This document shows, piece by piece, positions 39,200-49,751 of a stretch of DNA of 64,000 bases. A program made the position numbers and the translations under genes. The notes beneath the pieces were generated by a model. That model ran no database searches and was not told the DNA's origin. It saw nothing but the letters and a program-made list of their open reading frames with translations. Location: the NCBI GenBank assembly GCA_016844605.1, contig JAENJD010000008.1:6602-70601 (forward strand), written 5' to 3'. How positions within the stretch are numbered: position 1 is the stretch's first letter; each line of letters opens with the position of its first letter. This DNA is from Steroidobacteraceae bacterium (GTDB lineage: Bacteria > Pseudomonadota > Gammaproteobacteria > Steroidobacterales > Steroidobacteraceae).

Positions 39200-41976
39200 C
39201 CGCCGGTTTGCTGTATCGCCCCGTGACAGTGCTTGTATTTCCTGCCCGATCCACAGGGGCAGATCTCATTGCGTCCGATCTTACGCTCGCCACGCACGAA
39301 GGGTGGCGCCGTTGCCGCAGGCACCGCAGCAGCTGCGGCCGGCGCGCGGTCAGCCGCCGCGGGCGCCGGTCGCGCCTCGGCGGTGATCGCGGCTGGCTCG
39401 GCATGCTGCAATTGCATGCGGCTCTGAAGCCGGCGTCCCCGCTCCGCTTCCTCGCGCTCGATTTCCTCCTCGGTGCGCACCTGCAGGCGCTGCAGCATCA
39501 TTACGGTGTCGCTGCGAATGCGTTCGAGCATCCCGGTGAAAAGCGCGAAGGCCTCACGCTTGTATTCCTGCTTCGGATTTTTCTGCGCATAGGCGCGCAG
39601 GTAGATTCCCTGACGCAGGTAATCCATCCCCGCCAGGTGCTCGCGCCAGTGGCCATCGAGCTGTTGAAGCATGACCGCGCGTTCCAGGTGACGCATGACC
39701 GGCTCGCCGACCTGCGTGACTTTCGCTTCATAGGCCGCCTCGATCGCATCGAGGAGCCTTGCAGCCGCCTCATTGCCCTGCCGCTCGGGGTTTTCCGCGA
39801 GCCACGCCACCAGACCGGTGCGGACGCCGAAGTCGCGCTCGGCAGCCTGTTCAAGCCCGGCGACGTCCCATTGCTCCTCGACGCTCTCGGGCGGGATGTA
39901 CTGGACGACAATGTTTTGCACGACTTCGACACGTACGTCGCGGATGACGCCCGCAATGTCGTCCGTGGACATGATCTCGGTGCGCTGGCGATAGATGACC
40001 TTGCGCTGGTCGTTGGCGACGTCGTCGTACTCGAGGAGGTTCTTGCGCGCGTCGAAGTTGTGCGATTCCACCTTGCGCTGCGCATTCTCGATCTGGCGCG
40101 ACAGCATCCGGCTCTCAATGGCCTCGCCCTCGCGCATGCCGACCGTGCGCAGCAACGACTTGGTGCGCTCCGGGTCACCGAAGATGCGCATCAGGTTGTC
40201 CTCGAGCGACAGGTAGAACCGGCTGGAGCCAGGATCTCCCTGGCGCCCCGAACGGCCGCGCAGCTGGTTGTCGATGCGCCGCGATTCATGGCGCTCGGTG
40301 CCGACGATATGCAGGCCGCCCGCCGCAATCACATTCGCGTGCAGTTGCTGCCACTCGCCCTCCAGCTCGCGGGAGTGCGCCTCGAGCTGCGCCGGCTCGA
40401 GCGTCGCGTCCTTGCGCAGCTGCTCGATCTGCTTCTGCACGTTGCCACCCAGCACGATGTCGGTGCCGCGGCCGGCCATGTTGGTCGCGATCGTCACGCT
40501 GGCGGGCCGCCCGGCCTGCGCGATGATCATCGCCTCGCGCTCGTGCTGCTTTGCATTGAGCACCTGGTGGGGAATGCTGGCTTCGCGCAGGAATCCCGAG
40601 AGCAGTTCGGAGGTCTCGATCGAGGCCGTGCCGACCAGGGCCGGCTGCCCGCGCGTCACGCACTCGCGGATGTCCTCGATGATCGCCGCGAACTTGTCCT
40701 TCTGGTTCAGGTAGACGAGATCCGATTGGTCCTTGCGGATCATCGGCTTGTGGGTCGGCACGACGACGACCTCGAGCCCGTAGATCTGCTGGAATTCGAA
40801 GGCCTCGGTGTCTGCCGTGCCGGTCATGCCGGCAAGCTTCTGGTAGAGGCGGAAGTAGTTCTGGAACGTGATCGACGCGATGGTCTGGTTTTCCTCACGG
40901 ATCCGCACGCCTTCCTTGGCCTCAACGGCCTGGTGCAGGCCATCCGACCAGCGCCGGCCCGGCATCGTGCGGCCCGTGAACTCGTCGACGATGATGACCT
41001 CGCCGCCGCGCACGATGTACTCGACATCCTTGTTGTAAAGCACATGCGCGCGCATCGCCGCGTTCAGGTGGTGCATCAGCCGGATACTGGCCGGATCGTA
41101 GAGGCTGTCGCCCGGGCGCAGCAGGCCCGCCTGCTGCATCAGTTCCTCGGCTTTCTCGAATCCAGTCTCCGACAGGTGCACCTGGCGCGTTTTCTCGTCT
41201 GCGAAGAATTCGCCCTCGCCTTCCTCCGTTGCCTGGCGCCTGAAGCGCGGCACCAGCTCGTTGATCTTGACGTAGAGTTCGGTGCTTTCCTCGGCCGGTC
41301 CGGAGATGATCAGCGGCGTACGCGCCTCGTCGATCAGGATCGAGTCCACTTCGTCGACGATCGCGTAATGCTGGCCGCGCTGGACGCGGTCCTCGAGGCG
41401 GAATGCCAGGTTGTCGCGCAGGTAGTCGAATCCGAATTCATTGTTGGTGCCGTAGGTCACGTCGCAGGCGTAGGCGGCGCGTTTGTCGGCGGGCTGCTGG
41501 CCGCTCGTGATCACCCCGACCGTGAGACCGAGGAAACGGTAGATCGGGCCCATCCACTCGGCGTCGCGCTGGGCAAGATATTCGTTGACGGTGACGACGT
41601 GCACGCCGTTGCCGGAGAGCGCATTCAGGTAGACGGGCAATGTCGCGACCAGGGTCTTGCCCTCGCCGGTGCGCATCTCCGAGATCTTTCCCTCATGCAG
41701 CACCATGCCGCCGATCAGCTGCACGTCGAAGGGACGCAATCCGATCGAGCGCGCCGCGGCCTCGCGCACCGTCGCGAACGCCTCCGGCAGCACGTCGTCG
41801 ATCGAGTCGCCCGCGGCGAGGCGCGCGCGCAGCATTGCGGTCTGCGCGAGCAGCTGGCTGTCGCTCATCGCGTTGAGCACATCGGCATGGCCGTTCGCCG
41901 CGGCCACGCGGCGATCGTACTGACGTAGCAGCCGCTGGTTACGGCTGCCGAAAATCCGCGTAAAGACTTTCAACAC
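39196..41976 (-). CDS. secA: preprotein translocase ATPase SecA
   Basis: The 926-aa ORF shows [28 protein letters not shown] and the C-terminal zinc motif [14 protein letters not shown]. Confidence 0.98.
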   Translation of the reverse strand: MLKVFTRIFGSRNQRLLRQYDRRVAAANGHADVLNAMSDSQLLAQTAMLRARLAAGDSIDDVLPEAFATVREAAARSIGLRPFDVQLIGGMVLHEGKISEMRTGEGKTLVATLPVYLNALSGNGVHVVTVNEYLAQRDAEWMGPIYRFLGLTVGVITSGQQPADKRAAYACDVTYGTNNEFGFDYLRDNLAFRLEDRVQRGQHYAIVDEVDSILIDEARTPLIISGPAEESTELYVKINELVPRFRRQATEEGEGEFFADEKTRQVHLSETGFEKAEELMQQAGLLRPGDSLYDPASIRLMHHLNAAMRAHVLYNKDVEYIVRGGEVIIVDEFTGRTMPGRRWSDGLHQAVEAKEGVRIREENQTIASITFQNYFRLYQKLAGMTGTADTEAFEFQQIYGLEVVVVPTHKPMIRKDQSDLVYLNQKDKFAAIIEDIRECVTRGQPALVGTASIETSELLSGFLREASIPHQVLNAKQHEREAMIIAQAGRPASVTIATNMAGRGTDIVLGGNVQKQIEQLRKDATLEPAQLEAHSRELEGEWQQLHANVIAAGGLHIVGTERHESRRIDNQLRGRSGRQGDPGSSRFYLSLEDNLMRIFGDPERTKSLLRTVGMREGEAIESRMLSRQIENAQRKVESHNFDARKNLLEYDDVANDQRKVIYRQRTEIMSTDDIAGVIRDVRVEVVQNIVVQYIPPESVEEQWDVAGLEQAAERDFGVRTGLVAWLAENPERQGNEAAARLLDAIEAAYEAKVTQVGEPVMRHLERAVMLQQLDGHWREHLAGMDYLRQGIYLRAYAQKNPKQEYKREAFALFTGMLERIRSDTVMMLQRLQVRTEEEIEREEAERGRRLQSRMQLQHAEPAAITAEARPAPAAADRAPAAAAAVPAATAPPFVRGERKIGRNEICPCGSGRKYKHCHGAIQQTGG

Positions 41977-42090
41977 GCGTCTGGATCCTCGAACCGGGAG
42001 GGTCAGTCGGGAGCGGTTCCAACTGGAGCCACCGGAAAAAACCGGTAGTTTACTACGACTGGCCCTGCGGGATTTCGTTCAGGGGCGTCG

Positions 42091-43026
42091 TCAGCGGCGG
42101 ACGAAGGACAGCGGATTGACCGGGCGGCCGTCACGCAGCACTTCGAAGTGCAAATGGGTTCCGGTCGAGCGGCCGGTGGAGCCCATCAGCGCAATCGGAT
42201 CGCCGCGCTTCACCGTCTGTCCCGGCTCCACCAGTAACTTTGCATTGTGGGCATAGCGGGTGACGTAGCCATTGCCATGCGTGATCTCGATCTGGCGGCC
42301 GTAACCGCCGTCGACGCCCGCATGACTGACGATGCCATCGGCGACCACGAGCACGCGGGTGCCGGGCGTGCCCGCGAAGTCGAGTCCCTGATGAAAGGCA
42401 TTGCGGCCATCGAAGGGATCCGTGCGTTGACCATACAATGAGGAGATATACCCCGATTCGACCGGGCGACCGCCCGGCACGATTTGCCGCGCGAGCTCGC
42501 GTGTCAGGATCAGGTTCTGCAATGCGGTCAGTTGGCGGCCGCGATCGTCGATTGCCGCGCCCACAGAATCGAGCATATCGTCGAGGGCCGGCACGACGGG
42601 GCCGGAGCCCGCTTCCGTTCGCGGCCCGCCGACCGCGGGCGGATGGTCGAAATCGAACTCGCCGCGATCGAGCTTCGCGACCTCGGTGAGCTGGCGGCCG
42701 AGCGCATCGAGGCGGATCAGCTGTGCCTGCATCCTGCCAACCCGGGTCGCGAGCGCGGCGACCTGGTCATCGACGGCCACGCGGGTCTTATCGAGCATCG
42801 CGCGCTGCGTGGCGAGGTCCTCATTCCAGCGTGCCACCGTGAATTCGCCGAGCGGGCCGGTGCTGCCATAGCGGCTGCCCGCGACAAAGGCAGAGGCCAG
42901 GAGCGTCAGCAGTGCGACACCACCGATGGATATCAGTAGCGGGCGCCAGCGGAAATGCTTCGCGCCGCCAAGCCAGGCCGGATTACTGGGCGTCATTCTT
43001 TGCAAGGACTCCACGGCTCCCTTCAC
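42091..43026 (-). CDS. M23-family murein endopeptidase with N-terminal membrane anchor and coiled coil
   Basis: The 311-aa ORF shows FHQGLDFAG...GYGRQIEITHGNGYVTRYAHN...GSTGRSTGTHLHFEV. Confidence 0.88.
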   Translation of the reverse strand: MKGAVESLQRMTPSNPAWLGGAKHFRWRPLLISIGGVALLTLLASAFVAGSRYGSTGPLGEFTVARWNEDLATQRAMLDKTRVAVDDQVAALATRVGRMQAQLIRLDALGRQLTEVAKLDRGEFDFDHPPAVGGPRTEAGSGPVVPALDDMLDSVGAAIDDRGRQLTALQNLILTRELARQIVPGGRPVESGYISSLYGQRTDPFDGRNAFHQGLDFAGTPGTRVLVVADGIVSHAGVDGGYGRQIEITHGNGYVTRYAHNAKLLVEPGQTVKRGDPIALMGSTGRSTGTHLHFEVLRDGRPVNPLSFVRR

Positions 43027-43189
43027 AGCGTCCGGCGGTTACTATGTCGTCGGCGCGTCACCCATGGGGCGCGTCATGATTGCCGGGCGCGCGGCCCCTG
43101 CGGGGACCCCTTAAGCGGCGCAAAGTGCCAAAAAAAGCCTTGAAACTCAAGAACTTTCGTAATCCGGCGGCCACACGGCGCGGGCAGTC

Positions 43190-43495
43190 ATGAAAAAACT
43201 GACGCCAGTCAGTGACTTGCTGGCGCATGGCGAGGGAATGCTCAGGCGGCTGCGTGAGGGCACGCTCGAGGCCGACCGGACACTCAGGGGGCTCAAGCGG
43301 CGGCTACCGCCCGAACTCGCGCAGGAGGTCTGGGGCGCTGTCATGCGGGACGGGACCCTGACCGTGCTGGTGCATTCGGCTGCCTGGGGCACTCGCCTGC
43401 GCTACCAGGCGCCACTGTTCAAGGACGCGCTTGCAGCCGAACTGGGGCTAGCGATCGAACGCGTGGTCGTGAAGGTGCGCTCAGGTCCCGCCTGA
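43190..43495 (+). CDS. DUF721 / DciA-like protein
   Basis: The 101-aa ORF shows VWGAVMRDGTLTVLVHSAAWGTRLRYQAPLF, typical of DUF721. Its position between the M23 peptidase and lpxC matches the Pseudomonas arrangement. Confidence 0.7.
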   Translation: MKKLTPVSDLLAHGEGMLRRLREGTLEADRTLRGLKRRLPPELAQEVWGAVMRDGTLTVLVHSAAWGTRLRYQAPLFKDALAAELGLAIERVVVKVRSGPA

Positions 43496-44410
43496 TCAGG
43501 TGGTCGCATTCGCAGTGCCGGCGTAGGAGATCGGCGCCGTGCCTTCCTCACGGAAGCTGACCTCTTCCCAGGCCGTGGCGTCGTCCAGCAGCGTACGCAA
43601 CAGCAGGTTGTTGAGCGCATGACCGGACTTGAAGCCGGTGAACTCGCCGATCAGCGAGTGGCCCAGCAGGTACAGGTCGCCGATCGCGTCAAGGATCTTG
43701 TGGCGCACGAACTCATCCTCATAGCGCAACCCGTCTTCATTGAGGATGCGGTAGTCGTCAAGGACGATTGCGTTGTCGAGCGTGCCGCCGAGCGCAAGAT
43801 TGCGCGTGCGCAGGTACTCGAGGTCACGCATGAACCCGAAGGTACGCGCGCGACTGACTTCGCGCAGGAATGTCGTGGTCGAGAAATCCATCGTCGCGCG
43901 CTGCGAGTGCCGGCGGAATACCGGATGGTCGAACTCGATCTCGAAGTTGACGCGGAAACCCTCATGGGGATCGAAGCGCGCCCACTTGTCGCCGTCCTCG
44001 ACATCGATGCGCCGCTTCACGCGCACGAAGCGCTTCGGCGCGCTTTGAGTTTCGATTCCTGCCGACTGCACCAGGAACACGAAGGGGCCCGCGCTGCCGT
44101 CCATGATCGGCACTTCGCCGGCGGTCAGTTCGACAAAGCAGTTGTCGATGCCGAGCCCGGCGAGCGCCGACAGCAGGTGCTCGACGGTCGAGACGCTCGC
44201 GGTGCCGACCGCAAGTGTCGTTCCGAGGTTGGTTTCGGTCACATAGGTCGCGCGCGCCGGGATATCGACGGGCGGATCAAGATCGACGCGCCGGAACACG
44301 ATGCCGGTATTGGGCGGCGCGGGCCTCAGCATCATCAGGACCTTGCGGCCCGAGTGCAGCCCGATGCCGCTCGCGCGTATCGAATTACGTAAGGTTTTTT
44401 GCAGGGCCAT
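43496..44410 (-). CDS. lpxC: UDP-3-O-acyl-N-acetylglucosamine deacetylase
   Basis: The 304-aa ORF shows [37 protein letters not shown] and [14 protein letters not shown]. Confidence 0.97.
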   Translation of the reverse strand: MALQKTLRNSIRASGIGLHSGRKVLMMLRPAPPNTGIVFRRVDLDPPVDIPARATYVTETNLGTTLAVGTASVSTVEHLLSALAGLGIDNCFVELTAGEVPIMDGSAGPFVFLVQSAGIETQSAPKRFVRVKRRIDVEDGDKWARFDPHEGFRVNFEIEFDHPVFRRHSQRATMDFSTTTFLREVSRARTFGFMRDLEYLRTRNLALGGTLDNAIVLDDYRILNEDGLRYEDEFVRHKILDAIGDLYLLGHSLIGEFTGFKSGHALNNLLLRTLLDDATAWEEVSFREEGTAPISYAGTANATT

Positions 44411-44455
44411 GGGTCGCCTTGGGGCCGGAATCTAGCACATCACCCGGTTTGACAG

Positions 44456-44485
44456 GCCGCCGGCCAGCGGAGAAAGGCCGGCGGC
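44456..44485 (-). other. perfect 10-bp GC hairpin in the ftsZ-lpxC spacer
   Basis: GCCGCCGGCC-N10-GGCCGGCGGC has no U-tract on the transcribed strand, so it is a possible attenuator or processing structure rather than a classic terminator. Confidence 0.3.
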
Positions 44486-44629
44486 TGTCGTCCCGGATTC
44501 ATGGCGGAGGATCGCGGCCGCTCGGGGCGCGCGCGCGCTCGGCGCGTCGGCCCGTCGCCGAACGTCGCGCCCGCAGCCGCATTCGCGCGACCCGCAGGCC
44601 ACGCCCTTCATGCATCCGGCTCATCGCCG

Positions 44630-45826
44630 TCAGTCGGCCTGACGCCGGAGGAATGCCGGGATGTCGAGCACGTCCTCCGAAGTGAAGTCGCTTCGGAGGC
44701 CATCGCCGACCGCGCGCTGCGTCTGCCGCTGGATCGCCGGCCGGTCGAGGTGGCTGTAGTCGGGCGGAGCCGCCCTGCCACGTCCACTGACCAGTTTGAC
44801 GTCGCCAGGACGCCGGACCAATCCCGCCGTTTTGCTCGGCGCTGCGGCCGGTGCCGCACCCTTGACCTGCATGCGGCCGAGACCGGTCGCAACCACGGTG
44901 ACACGCAACTCGCCTTCCAGCGCCGGGTCGATCACGGTGCCGACCACCACGGTCGCATCGTCGGCCGCGAACTGCTTGACGGTGTTGCCAACCTCCTCGA
45001 ATTCGCCGATCGACAGGTCGAGACCCGCGGTGACATTCACGAGGATGCCGTGCGCTCCGGCCAGGTTGATGTCCTCGAGCAGCGGGCTCGAGATGGCCAT
45101 CTCGGCGGCCGCGCGTGCGCGATTTTCGCCGGTGCCGACACCGGAGCCCATCATCGCAAGCCCGGTCTCGGACATCACGGTACGCACGTCGGCAAAGTCG
45201 ACATTGATCAGGCCCGGCCGCGTGATCAGCTCGGCGATGCCCTGCACCGCGCCTTGCAGCACCTCATTGGCTCGCTTGAAGGCTTCGAGCAGCGTGGTCG
45301 AACCGCCGAGCACTGAAAGCAGCTTCTGATTCGGGATCGTGATCAGTGAATCGACGTGCCGCGACAGCTCGGTAATGCCGTTATCGGCAATCGACTGGCG
45401 CTTGCCGCCCTCCATCGTGAATGGCTTGGTCACGACGGCGACCGTCAGAATGCCAAGCTCGCGCGCGACCTGTGCGACGACCGGCGCCGCGCCGGTGCCC
45501 GTGCCGCCACCCATGCCGGCCGTGATGAACAGCATGTCGCAGCCCTCGATCAGCTCGATGATCCGGTCGCGATCCTCCATCGCCGCCTGCCGGCCGACCT
45601 CAGGATTGGCGCCGGCACCGAGGCCCTTGGTGATGTTGCATCCAATCTGCAACGAAATCTTGACCTGCGAGTGCTTCAGTGCCTGGGCATCGGTGTTCAC
45701 GCAGATGAACTCGACGCCTTCGATTCCGCTCTTCGCCATGTGCGACACGGCATTGCCGCCGCCGCCGCCCACGCCGATCACCTTGATGACAGCCGTCTGG
45801 CTGTATGTATCCATCAGTTCAAACAT
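44630..45826 (-). CDS. ftsZ: cell division protein FtsZ
   Basis: The 398-aa ORF has IKVIGVGGGGGNAV, the tubulin signature GGGTGTGAAPVVA, and a C-terminal DIPAFLRRQ peptide. Confidence 0.98.
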   Translation of the reverse strand: MFELMDTYSQTAVIKVIGVGGGGGNAVSHMAKSGIEGVEFICVNTDAQALKHSQVKISLQIGCNITKGLGAGANPEVGRQAAMEDRDRIIELIEGCDMLFITAGMGGGTGTGAAPVVAQVARELGILTVAVVTKPFTMEGGKRQSIADNGITELSRHVDSLITIPNQKLLSVLGGSTTLLEAFKRANEVLQGAVQGIAELITRPGLINVDFADVRTVMSETGLAMMGSGVGTGENRARAAAEMAISSPLLEDINLAGAHGILVNVTAGLDLSIGEFEEVGNTVKQFAADDATVVVGTVIDPALEGELRVTVVATGLGRMQVKGAAPAAAPSKTAGLVRRPGDVKLVSGRGRAAPPDYSHLDRPAIQRQTQRAVGDGLRSDFTSEDVLDIPAFLRRQAD

Positions 45827-45839
45827 GTCCGCTCCTCCG

Positions 45840-47072
45840 CTAGAAATATCCCTGGAACCATGACTTCATTCGCTCTACCACCGACTTGACTCCGTCGCCG
45901 ACGAGTTTCGGCGCCAGTTGGCCGAGATTCGCCCGGCCATAAAGCAGGAGACCCACGCCAGTCGCGTGGATCGGATTGCGCACGACATCGCCGAGACCGG
46001 TCACGCCCTGCGGGCTGCCGAGCCGCACCGGCATGTGGAAGATCTCCTCGGCCAGATCGACCGCGCCTTCCATCTTTGCGCTGCCGCCGGTCAGCACGAC
46101 ACCGGCTGCGATCGCTTCCTCGAATCCGGAGCGCCTCAGCTCGTCGCGGATCAGCGTGAACAGCTCCTCATAGCGCGGCTCGACGATCTCGGCGAGCGTC
46201 TGGCGCGCGAGCCGGCGCGGCGGCCGGTCGCCGACACTCGGAACCTCGATGGTCTCGTCCGGATTCGCGAGTTGCGACAGCGCGCAGGCGTAGCGGATCT
46301 TGATTTCCTCCGCGTACGGCGTAGGCGTGCGCATCGAGACCGCGATGTCATTGGTGACCTGGTCGCCGGCCACCGGTATCACCGCGGTGTGGCGGATCGC
46401 ACCGCCCGAGAACACGGCGATATCGGTGGTGCCGCCGCCGACATCCACCAGGCAGACGCCGAGGTCCTTTTCGTCGTCGGTCAGCACCGCGAATGACGAG
46501 GCGAGCTGCTCGAGCACGATGTCCTCGACCTCGAGCCCGCAGCGTTGCACGCACTTGACGATGTTCTGCGCCGCGCTCTCGGCGCCGGTGACGATGTGCA
46601 CGCGCGCCTCGAGCCGCACGCCCGACATGCCGATCGGCTCGCGGATGCCTTCCTGCCCGTCGATGATGAATTCCTGGGGCAGCACGTGCAGGATCTTCTG
46701 GTCGGCCGGGATCGGCACGGCCTGGGCGGCGTCCATGACCCGCGCGACATCGCCGCCCGTAACTTCCTTGTCCTTGATCGCGACGATGCCGTGGGAATTG
46801 AGGCTCCGGACGTGGCTGCCGGCAATGCCGGTGAATACCGAGCGGATCTCGACACCCGCCATCAGCTCGGCTTCCTCGACCGCGCGCTGGATCGACTGCA
46901 CGGTCGAGTCGATATTGACGACCACGCCTTTCTTGAGTCCGCGCGATGGATGCGATCCGAGGCCGATCACCTCGAGACTGCCGTCGGCGTGCATTTCGCC
47001 GACCATGGCGACGACCTTCGACGTGCCGATGTCGAGCCCGACGATCAGGTTGCGGTCGGAACGCTTAGCCAT
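45840..47072 (-). CDS. ftsA: cell division protein FtsA
   Basis: The ORF begins at MAKRSDRNLIVGLDIGTSKVV (ATG comp. 47070-47072). It has actin-fold motifs (VDVGGGTTDIAVF) and a C-terminal amphipathic helix (VERMKSWFQGYF). Confidence 0.96.
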   Translation of the reverse strand: MAKRSDRNLIVGLDIGTSKVVAMVGEMHADGSLEVIGLGSHPSRGLKKGVVVNIDSTVQSIQRAVEEAELMAGVEIRSVFTGIAGSHVRSLNSHGIVAIKDKEVTGGDVARVMDAAQAVPIPADQKILHVLPQEFIIDGQEGIREPIGMSGVRLEARVHIVTGAESAAQNIVKCVQRCGLEVEDIVLEQLASSFAVLTDDEKDLGVCLVDVGGGTTDIAVFSGGAIRHTAVIPVAGDQVTNDIAVSMRTPTPYAEEIKIRYACALSQLANPDETIEVPSVGDRPPRRLARQTLAEIVEPRYEELFTLIRDELRRSGFEEAIAAGVVLTGGSAKMEGAVDLAEEIFHMPVRLGSPQGVTGLGDVVRNPIHATGVGLLLYGRANLGQLAPKLVGDGVKSVVERMKSWFQGYF

Positions 47073-47880
47073 CTGTATCTGGATCTCCGGTTCTGTGGTC
47101 GGCAAGCGCGGCAGCTGCGGCGCGGGCCGGTTTGCGATCGCGCCGCAAGCCGATCGAAAAACCATTCGAGTAGCGCAAGTCCACGTAAGCGATCTCCGCT
47201 GCGCGCCCCGCGATGACCTGGGCCGCGACCTTCACGAGCCGGTCCATCCGCTCGTCCACCTGGCGGCGTCCCAGGCGCACGGTCACGCCATTCGAGAGGT
47301 CCAGCTCCCAGGCGCCGCGCGGGTCGAGCCTGAGCGCCGCAACCCTCAGCCCCTGCTCGACCAGCTGTCCCTGGATCGCGAGATAACGTTGTGCGACCTG
47401 CCACTCGCTGCCCTGCGGGCCGTCGAGTCGCGGCAATTCCGGCGGAACGTGGCGCACGCCTTCTGCGAACAGCTCGCCGCGTGTGTTCAACAGGCCGTCT
47501 TCGCCCCAGCGCGCGGCAGCCTGCTGCTCGACGATTTCCACCTGGATGCGATCCGGCCACAGCCGCTGCACGCGCGCCCGGTCGACCCAGGCCAGCGCCT
47601 CGACGGCATCGCGCAACTTGTCGAGGTCGGCGCTGACGAAGCCGCCCTTCAAGGCAGCGCGCGCCGCCTGCTCGACCTCGACCGCCGCGACGCGCTGGAA
47701 CGGGCCGTCGATGACGATGCTGCGCACCGGCTGGTCGAGGCCGATCGCAAGCAGCGTCGCCATTGCTGCGAGCGCGAGCAATGCGCCGGCAATCCGGCCG
47801 CCGCGTTTCCACTCGAGCTCTGGCAGCTCAAAGTGGCGGCCCGCGGGCTTGTGGCGATTGCGCTTGCGTATCAGTCCCAT
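47065..47880 (-). CDS. ftsQ: cell division protein FtsQ
   Basis: The 271-aa ORF has a single TM segment (IAGALLALAAMATLLAIGL) and a POTRA domain (VIDGPFQRVAAVEVEQAA...VQRLWPDRIQVEIVEQ). It overlaps ftsA by 8 nt. Confidence 0.9.
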   Translation of the reverse strand: MGLIRKRNRHKPAGRHFELPELEWKRGGRIAGALLALAAMATLLAIGLDQPVRSIVIDGPFQRVAAVEVEQAARAALKGGFVSADLDKLRDAVEALAWVDRARVQRLWPDRIQVEIVEQQAAARWGEDGLLNTRGELFAEGVRHVPPELPRLDGPQGSEWQVAQRYLAIQGQLVEQGLRVAALRLDPRGAWELDLSNGVTVRLGRRQVDERMDRLVKVAAQVIAGRAAEIAYVDLRYSNGFSIGLRRDRKPARAAAAALADHRTGDPDTDG

Positions 47881-47886
47881 TTCCGT

Positions 47887-48855
47887 TCAGGTCCTCTCGC
47901 GCGCGAAACTGGTTTCGAGGATTCGCCAGGCGAGCTCGTTGAAATCGATGCCCGCTGCGGCCGCCGCCATCGGCACCAGGCTGTGACTTGTCATGCCGGG
48001 CACGGTGTTGATTTCCAGCAGCATCGGAGTGCCCTCTGTTCCCATCACGAAATCCACGCGCCCCCAGCCCGAGGCGCCGGTCGCGGCGAATGTGGTGAGC
48101 GCCGCCGCCTGCATGGCCGCTTCGCCCGCGGCCGGCAGGCCGCAGGGGATGAGATAGCGCGTGTCGTCCGCGAAATACTTCGCCTGGTAGTCGTAGAAAC
48201 TGCGCGGTGTCTCGATGCGGATCGCCGGCAGCGCCTGGCCCTGCAGTATCCCGACGGTGAATTCGCGCCCGATGATCCAGCGCTCGGCGATCACGACCGG
48301 ATCGAGCGCCGCTGCCGTGCGCCAGGCGGTCGGCAGTTCGGCCGCCGTCTCCACACGGCTCATGCCGACACTCGAGCCCTGGCTCGCTGGCTTCACCGCG
48401 ATCGGCAGGCCGAGTTCCTCGAGAGTGCGCGGAAAATCCGCGGCGCCCGTCAGCAGCGTCCAGGCCGGCGTCGCGACACCGGCGGCCTGCGCGAGGCGCT
48501 TGGTGCGCAGCTTGTCCATGCCGAGCGCGGAACCGAGCACTCCCGAACCTGTATAAGGCACGCCCAGCCATTCGAGCGCGCCCTGCACGGCGCCGTCTTC
48601 ACCGCCGGGTCCGTGCAATGCGATCCAGACGCGCTCGATGCCGGCGGCAACGAGATCTGTCAATCGTTTCTCGGATGGATCAAAACTGACCGCACTCACC
48701 CCTCGCGCCTTGAGCGCTTGCAGCACGGCGGCGCCAGTCAGCAGTGAGATCTCGCGCTCGGCCGAGAGCCCGCCCATCAGTACGGCGACCTGCCCGAACT
48801 CCTGCGCGTCGGTTACCCGGCGAAACTCCACGCCGCTGGTGCGAAGCCGGCTCAC
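47887..48855 (-). CDS. ddl: D-alanine--D-alanine ligase
   Basis: The 322-aa ORF shows VAVLMGGLSAEREISL, HGPGGEDGAVQGALE and LLEINTVPGMTSHSLVP. Confidence 0.96.
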   Translation of the reverse strand: MSRLRTSGVEFRRVTDAQEFGQVAVLMGGLSAEREISLLTGAAVLQALKARGVSAVSFDPSEKRLTDLVAAGIERVWIALHGPGGEDGAVQGALEWLGVPYTGSGVLGSALGMDKLRTKRLAQAAGVATPAWTLLTGAADFPRTLEELGLPIAVKPASQGSSVGMSRVETAAELPTAWRTAAALDPVVIAERWIIGREFTVGILQGQALPAIRIETPRSFYDYQAKYFADDTRYLIPCGLPAAGEAAMQAAALTTFAATGASGWGRVDFVMGTEGTPMLLEINTVPGMTSHSLVPMAAAAAGIDFNELAWRILETSFARERT

Positions 48856-49751
48856 GCGGCCTCCCCGATCACGCGCACTTCCGGAACCAGCCGGACGCCA
48901 TGCACGCGCTGTACGGTGTCCTGCACGTGGCGCACGAGGGCCTCGAGATCGGAAGCTGTCGCCTGGCCGTCATTGATGATGAAGTTGGCGTGCTTGGTCG
49001 AGACCGCGGCGCCGCCGATGCGGTGGCCCTTGAGACCGGCCGATTCGATCAGTTGCGCGGCATGTCCGCCGGGTGGATTCGTGAACACCGAGCCGCAACT
49101 CCATTCGCCGATCGGCTGCGCCGCATGGCGGCGCTCGAGCAGCTTGCGGATCGAATCGGTGCTTGCGTCAGGTCGTGATTCGAAGCGGAATGTCGCCGCC
49201 AGGAACCATTCACCCGCGACCGGTGGCGTCACGCTGCGATAGCTGAAGCGATATTCGGCGGCAGCCCGTTTGCGTCTTTCCCCGCTACGATCGATGACCT
49301 CGACTTCCGCGACGCAGGGCCATGTTTCGGCGCCCCAGGCGCCGGCATTCATCGCGAGCGCGCCACCGACAGTGCCGGGGATTCCCGCGAAGAAATCGGC
49401 GGGGCCGAGCTGCCACTTCGCGCATTGGCGCCCGAGCCGCGCGCAGGCGACGCCGGCCTCGGCGCGCACCATCAGGTCGCCGACGCGCTCGAGCGCATTC
49501 AGGATCCCGTGCACCGAGATCACCACGCCGCGGATGCCGCCGTCACGCACCAGCAGGTTGCTGCCGAGACCGACCCAGGTGACCGGCACGCCGGGGGGCA
49601 GCTGGCGCAGGAATCCCGCAAGCTCCCCGGAATCGCCGGGCGCGAACCAGGCATCCGCAGGGCCGCCGACGTGCCAGGACGTGTGGCGCGACATCGGCTC
49701 GTCGCGCAGCACCCTGGCCTCGAATCCGGCGGGTATGGACACGCTGTTCAC
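48852..49751 (-). CDS. murB: UDP-N-acetylenolpyruvoylglucosamine reductase
   Basis: The 299-aa ORF shows [28 protein letters not shown] and CGSVFTNP. Confidence 0.95.
   Translation of the reverse strand: MNSVSIPAGFEARVLRDEPMSRHTSWHVGGPADAWFAPGDSGELAGFLRQLPPGVPVTWVGLGSNLLVRDGGIRGVVISVHGILNALERVGDLMVRAEAGVACARLGRQCAKWQLGPADFFAGIPGTVGGALAMNAGAWGAETWPCVAEVEVIDRSGERRKRAAAEYRFSYRSVTPPVAGEWFLAATFRFESRPDASTDSIRKLLERRHAAQPIGEWSCGSVFTNPPGGHAAQLIESAGLKGHRIGGAAVSTKHANFIINDGQATASDLEALVRHVQDTVQRVHGVRLVPEVRVIGEAA

Noticed and set aside
39190-41928. 912-aa plus-strand ORF.
   Set aside because: It is almost exactly antisense to secA and is a mirror-frame artefact.
41977-42090. ACCGG-aaaaaa-CCGGT hairpin in the spacer upstream of secA as a possible secM-like or attenuator element.
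   Set aside because: It is only a 5-bp stem. There is no small leader ORF with an arrest-peptide-like sequence. It most likely serves as a weak terminator for the upstream M23 peptidase gene.
46300-48747. 815-aa plus-strand ORF spanning ftsA, ftsQ and ddl.
   Set aside because: It crosses three well-supported minus-strand genes in antisense, has biased Arg/Ala/Ser composition and shows no domain signature.
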